From an uncultured Rikenella sp. (GTDB taxonomy: Bacteria > Bacteroidota > Bacteroidia > Bacteroidales > VadinHA17), in NCBI GenBank assembly GCA_964455705.1, contig CAYVYM010000002.1, positions 67,193 through 131,192 on the forward strand: 64,000 nucleotides of DNA. The letters are read 5' to 3'. Positions 62,813 to 64,000 of this stretch are shown here, one piece after another (position 1 is the first letter of the stretch; the number at the start of each line of letters is the position of its first letter). Position numbers and translations under genes: made by a program. Under the pieces are notes generated by a model. It made no database searches. It was not told where the DNA came from and saw only the letters and a list, made by a program, of their open reading frames with translations.

Positions 62813-64000
62813 CTATTTTCCGATACAGAATTTTGAGAAGATCTGCCCGAGGATATCCTCGGGTGTGATCTTTCCCGTTATTAGCCCAAGGTAATAAATA
62901 GCCTGGCGCACGTCAGTGGCAACCAACACGGTGGGGATGCCATCACGGAAGCCGTCAAGGACCCTCTGCAAGCTCTCTGTAACCTTCTTCAATGCCTCGT
63001 AATGCCTGGCATTGGTGACAATATACTGTGGTGCATCAAGCCGGCCGGTCTCAACAGAAGCTATCAGCATCCTTTTAAGTTCATCTATTCCGGATGAGTT
63101 TGCCGCAGAGACGAAGACCGCAGGCGAGTCACACAGTCGCGGCAGTTCTCCCTTCAGCCCTGTAATCTGTCCGGGACTGGCCAGGTCAGACTTATTTATA
63201 ACAAGAATTATCTTCGCACCGCTGTCGCCTGTCAGCTCTGCCACCGAACGAGCAAAGGCCTCAACACTTTCAGCGACATCAGTTGCCTCGGCCACAGCCA
63301 GCACTATCCCGGCCGCCTCCAGCTTCAGCCTGGTCCGCTCCACACCCAGGACCTCAATCTCATCATCCGAATGCCTCAATCCCGCAGTGTCAATAAACCT
63401 GAATAGGAGCCCGTTCATATGCAGCACCTCCTCTATGGTGTCACGTGTTGTACCGGGTATGTCAGAGACGATGGCCCTCTCTTCCTGAAGCAGTACGTTG
63501 AGCAGGGAAGATTTGCCCACATTGGGCCTTCCGGTGATAACTACCGGTATACCTTTCTTAATGGCATTGCCCAGTCTGAATGAAGCTGCCAGCCTGTCGA
63601 CCAGGCTTTTAATCTTAATGACCGTCTCCGTCATGGCAAAACGGTCGGCGAACTGCACATCTTCCTCACTGAAATCGAGCTCCAGCTCAATCAGCGAGGC
63701 GAAGGAGAGGAGTTCCATCCTCAGTTTCTCAATCTCATTCGAGAACCCGCCGCGAAGCTGGGTGGAAGCCAGACGGTGCGCCGCCTCTGAATCGGAAGCT
63801 ATGATATCAGCCACCGCTTCAGCCTGAGAAAGATCCATCTTACCATTCATGAAAGCCCTCATGGTGAACTCCCCGGGAGTTGCTGTTTCAACTCCCTTCT
63901 CAATTAAAATTTCAATGATCCGCTGCTGAATAAAAGAAGAGGCATGGCAACTGATCTCTGCCATTTCCTCACCGGTGTAGGAATGAGGAGCCCGGAAGAG
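62813..64000 (-). CDS. mnmE: tRNA modification GTPase MnmE, N-terminus beyond window edge
   Basis: The frame stays open upstream of the track's Met to nt 64000 (LFRAPHSYTGEEMAEISCH). GRPNVGKSSLLN, DIPGTTRD, DTAGLR, and the C-terminal FCIGK signature are present. Confidence 0.9.
   Translation of the reverse strand, partial: LFRAPHSYTGEEMAEISCHASSFIQQRIIEILIEKGVETATPGEFTMRAFMNGKMDLSQAEAVADIIASDSEAAHRLASTQLRGGFSNEIEKLRMELLSFASLIELELDFSEEDVQFADRFAMTETVIKIKSLVDRLAASFRLGNAIKKGIPVVITGRPNVGKSSLLNVLLQEERAIVSDIPGTTRDTIEEVLHMNGLLFRFIDTAGLRHSDDEIEVLGVERTRLKLEAAGIVLAVAEATDVAESVEAFARSVAELTGDSGAKIILVINKSDLASPGQITGLKGELPRLCDSPAVFVSAANSSGIDELKRMLIASVETGRLDAPQYIVTNARHYEALKKVTESLQRVLDGFRDGIPTVLVATDVRQAIYYLGLITGKITPEDILGQIFSKFCIGK

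Noticed and set aside
1-64000. CRISPR arrays, rRNA genes, transposases and toxin-antitoxin or defence-system gene pairs
   Set aside because: I looked for regularly spaced direct repeats, rRNA-like conserved blocks, DDE/tyrosine-recombinase motifs and small paired ORFs, and found none. The only repeats are the intragenic protein-level units and the short regulatory repeats reported above.

Overview
The window looks like a chromosomal segment of a Bacteroidota-type genome. The evidence is a complete Bat (aerotolerance) operon, a type IX secretion-style C-terminal sorting domain, and TAnnTTTG -7 promoter boxes in front of many genes. I count about 58 protein genes and one tRNA-Arg(TCT). I saw no rRNA, CRISPR array, transposase or integrase.

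Gene order, left to right:
- two tandem fused LeuC/LeuD-like aconitase-family genes, then tRNA-Arg, trkH, a cold-shock gene and an SDR
- an ERG4/ERG24 sterol-reductase-family gene, a VOC protein, a cytidylate-kinase-like gene and glpK
- an HExxH/TPR protein and a DUF4105 protein
- the Bat operon (MoxR, DUF58, DUF4381-like, batA-E)
- a lipoprotein, a signal-less molybdopterin oxidoreductase, a fused FeS/membrane subunit and a PLP enzyme
- ung
- a KamA-family aminomutase, two ATP-grasp ligases and a GNAT in one tight operon
- a divergent GH130/GH18 pair and an EamA transporter
- a VTC / DUF4956 / DUF2490 trio, an SDR and YceI
- a giant ORF of about 10 kb with a T9SS tail
- a divergent XRE-HTH/pentapeptide-repeat fusion, three DUF genes, and a VTT/CYTH pair
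- an aromatic amino-acid operon (pheA, aminotransferase, tyrA, DAHP synthase/chorismate mutase, aroA)
- a Tat-signal aldo-keto reductase with Fe-S motifs, a YtxH cluster, an AI-2E transporter, an outer-membrane beta-barrel protein and mnmE (cut by the window edge)

Observations most worth follow-up:
1. The aminomutase + 2x ATP-grasp + GNAT operon is a candidate pathway for an uncharacterised beta-amino-acid conjugate.
2. The giant secreted protein is built from mega-repeats of about 460-550 aa that I cannot assign to a named family. It sits with its divergent HTH-pentapeptide neighbour in an AT-rich block.
3. A 24-codon Phe/Tyr-rich leader ORF with terminator and antiterminator pairings lies in front of the aromatic operon.
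4. A perfect 30-bp palindrome abuts the promoter of the VTC-DUF4956-DUF2490 operon.
5. A set of three interleaved inverted repeats lies after the SDR gene at 37.7 kb.
6. A cytoplasm-facing Mo-enzyme with a fused FeS-membrane subunit is coupled to a Cys/Met-type PLP enzyme.

All functional calls come from reading motifs in the translations. No database search was run.
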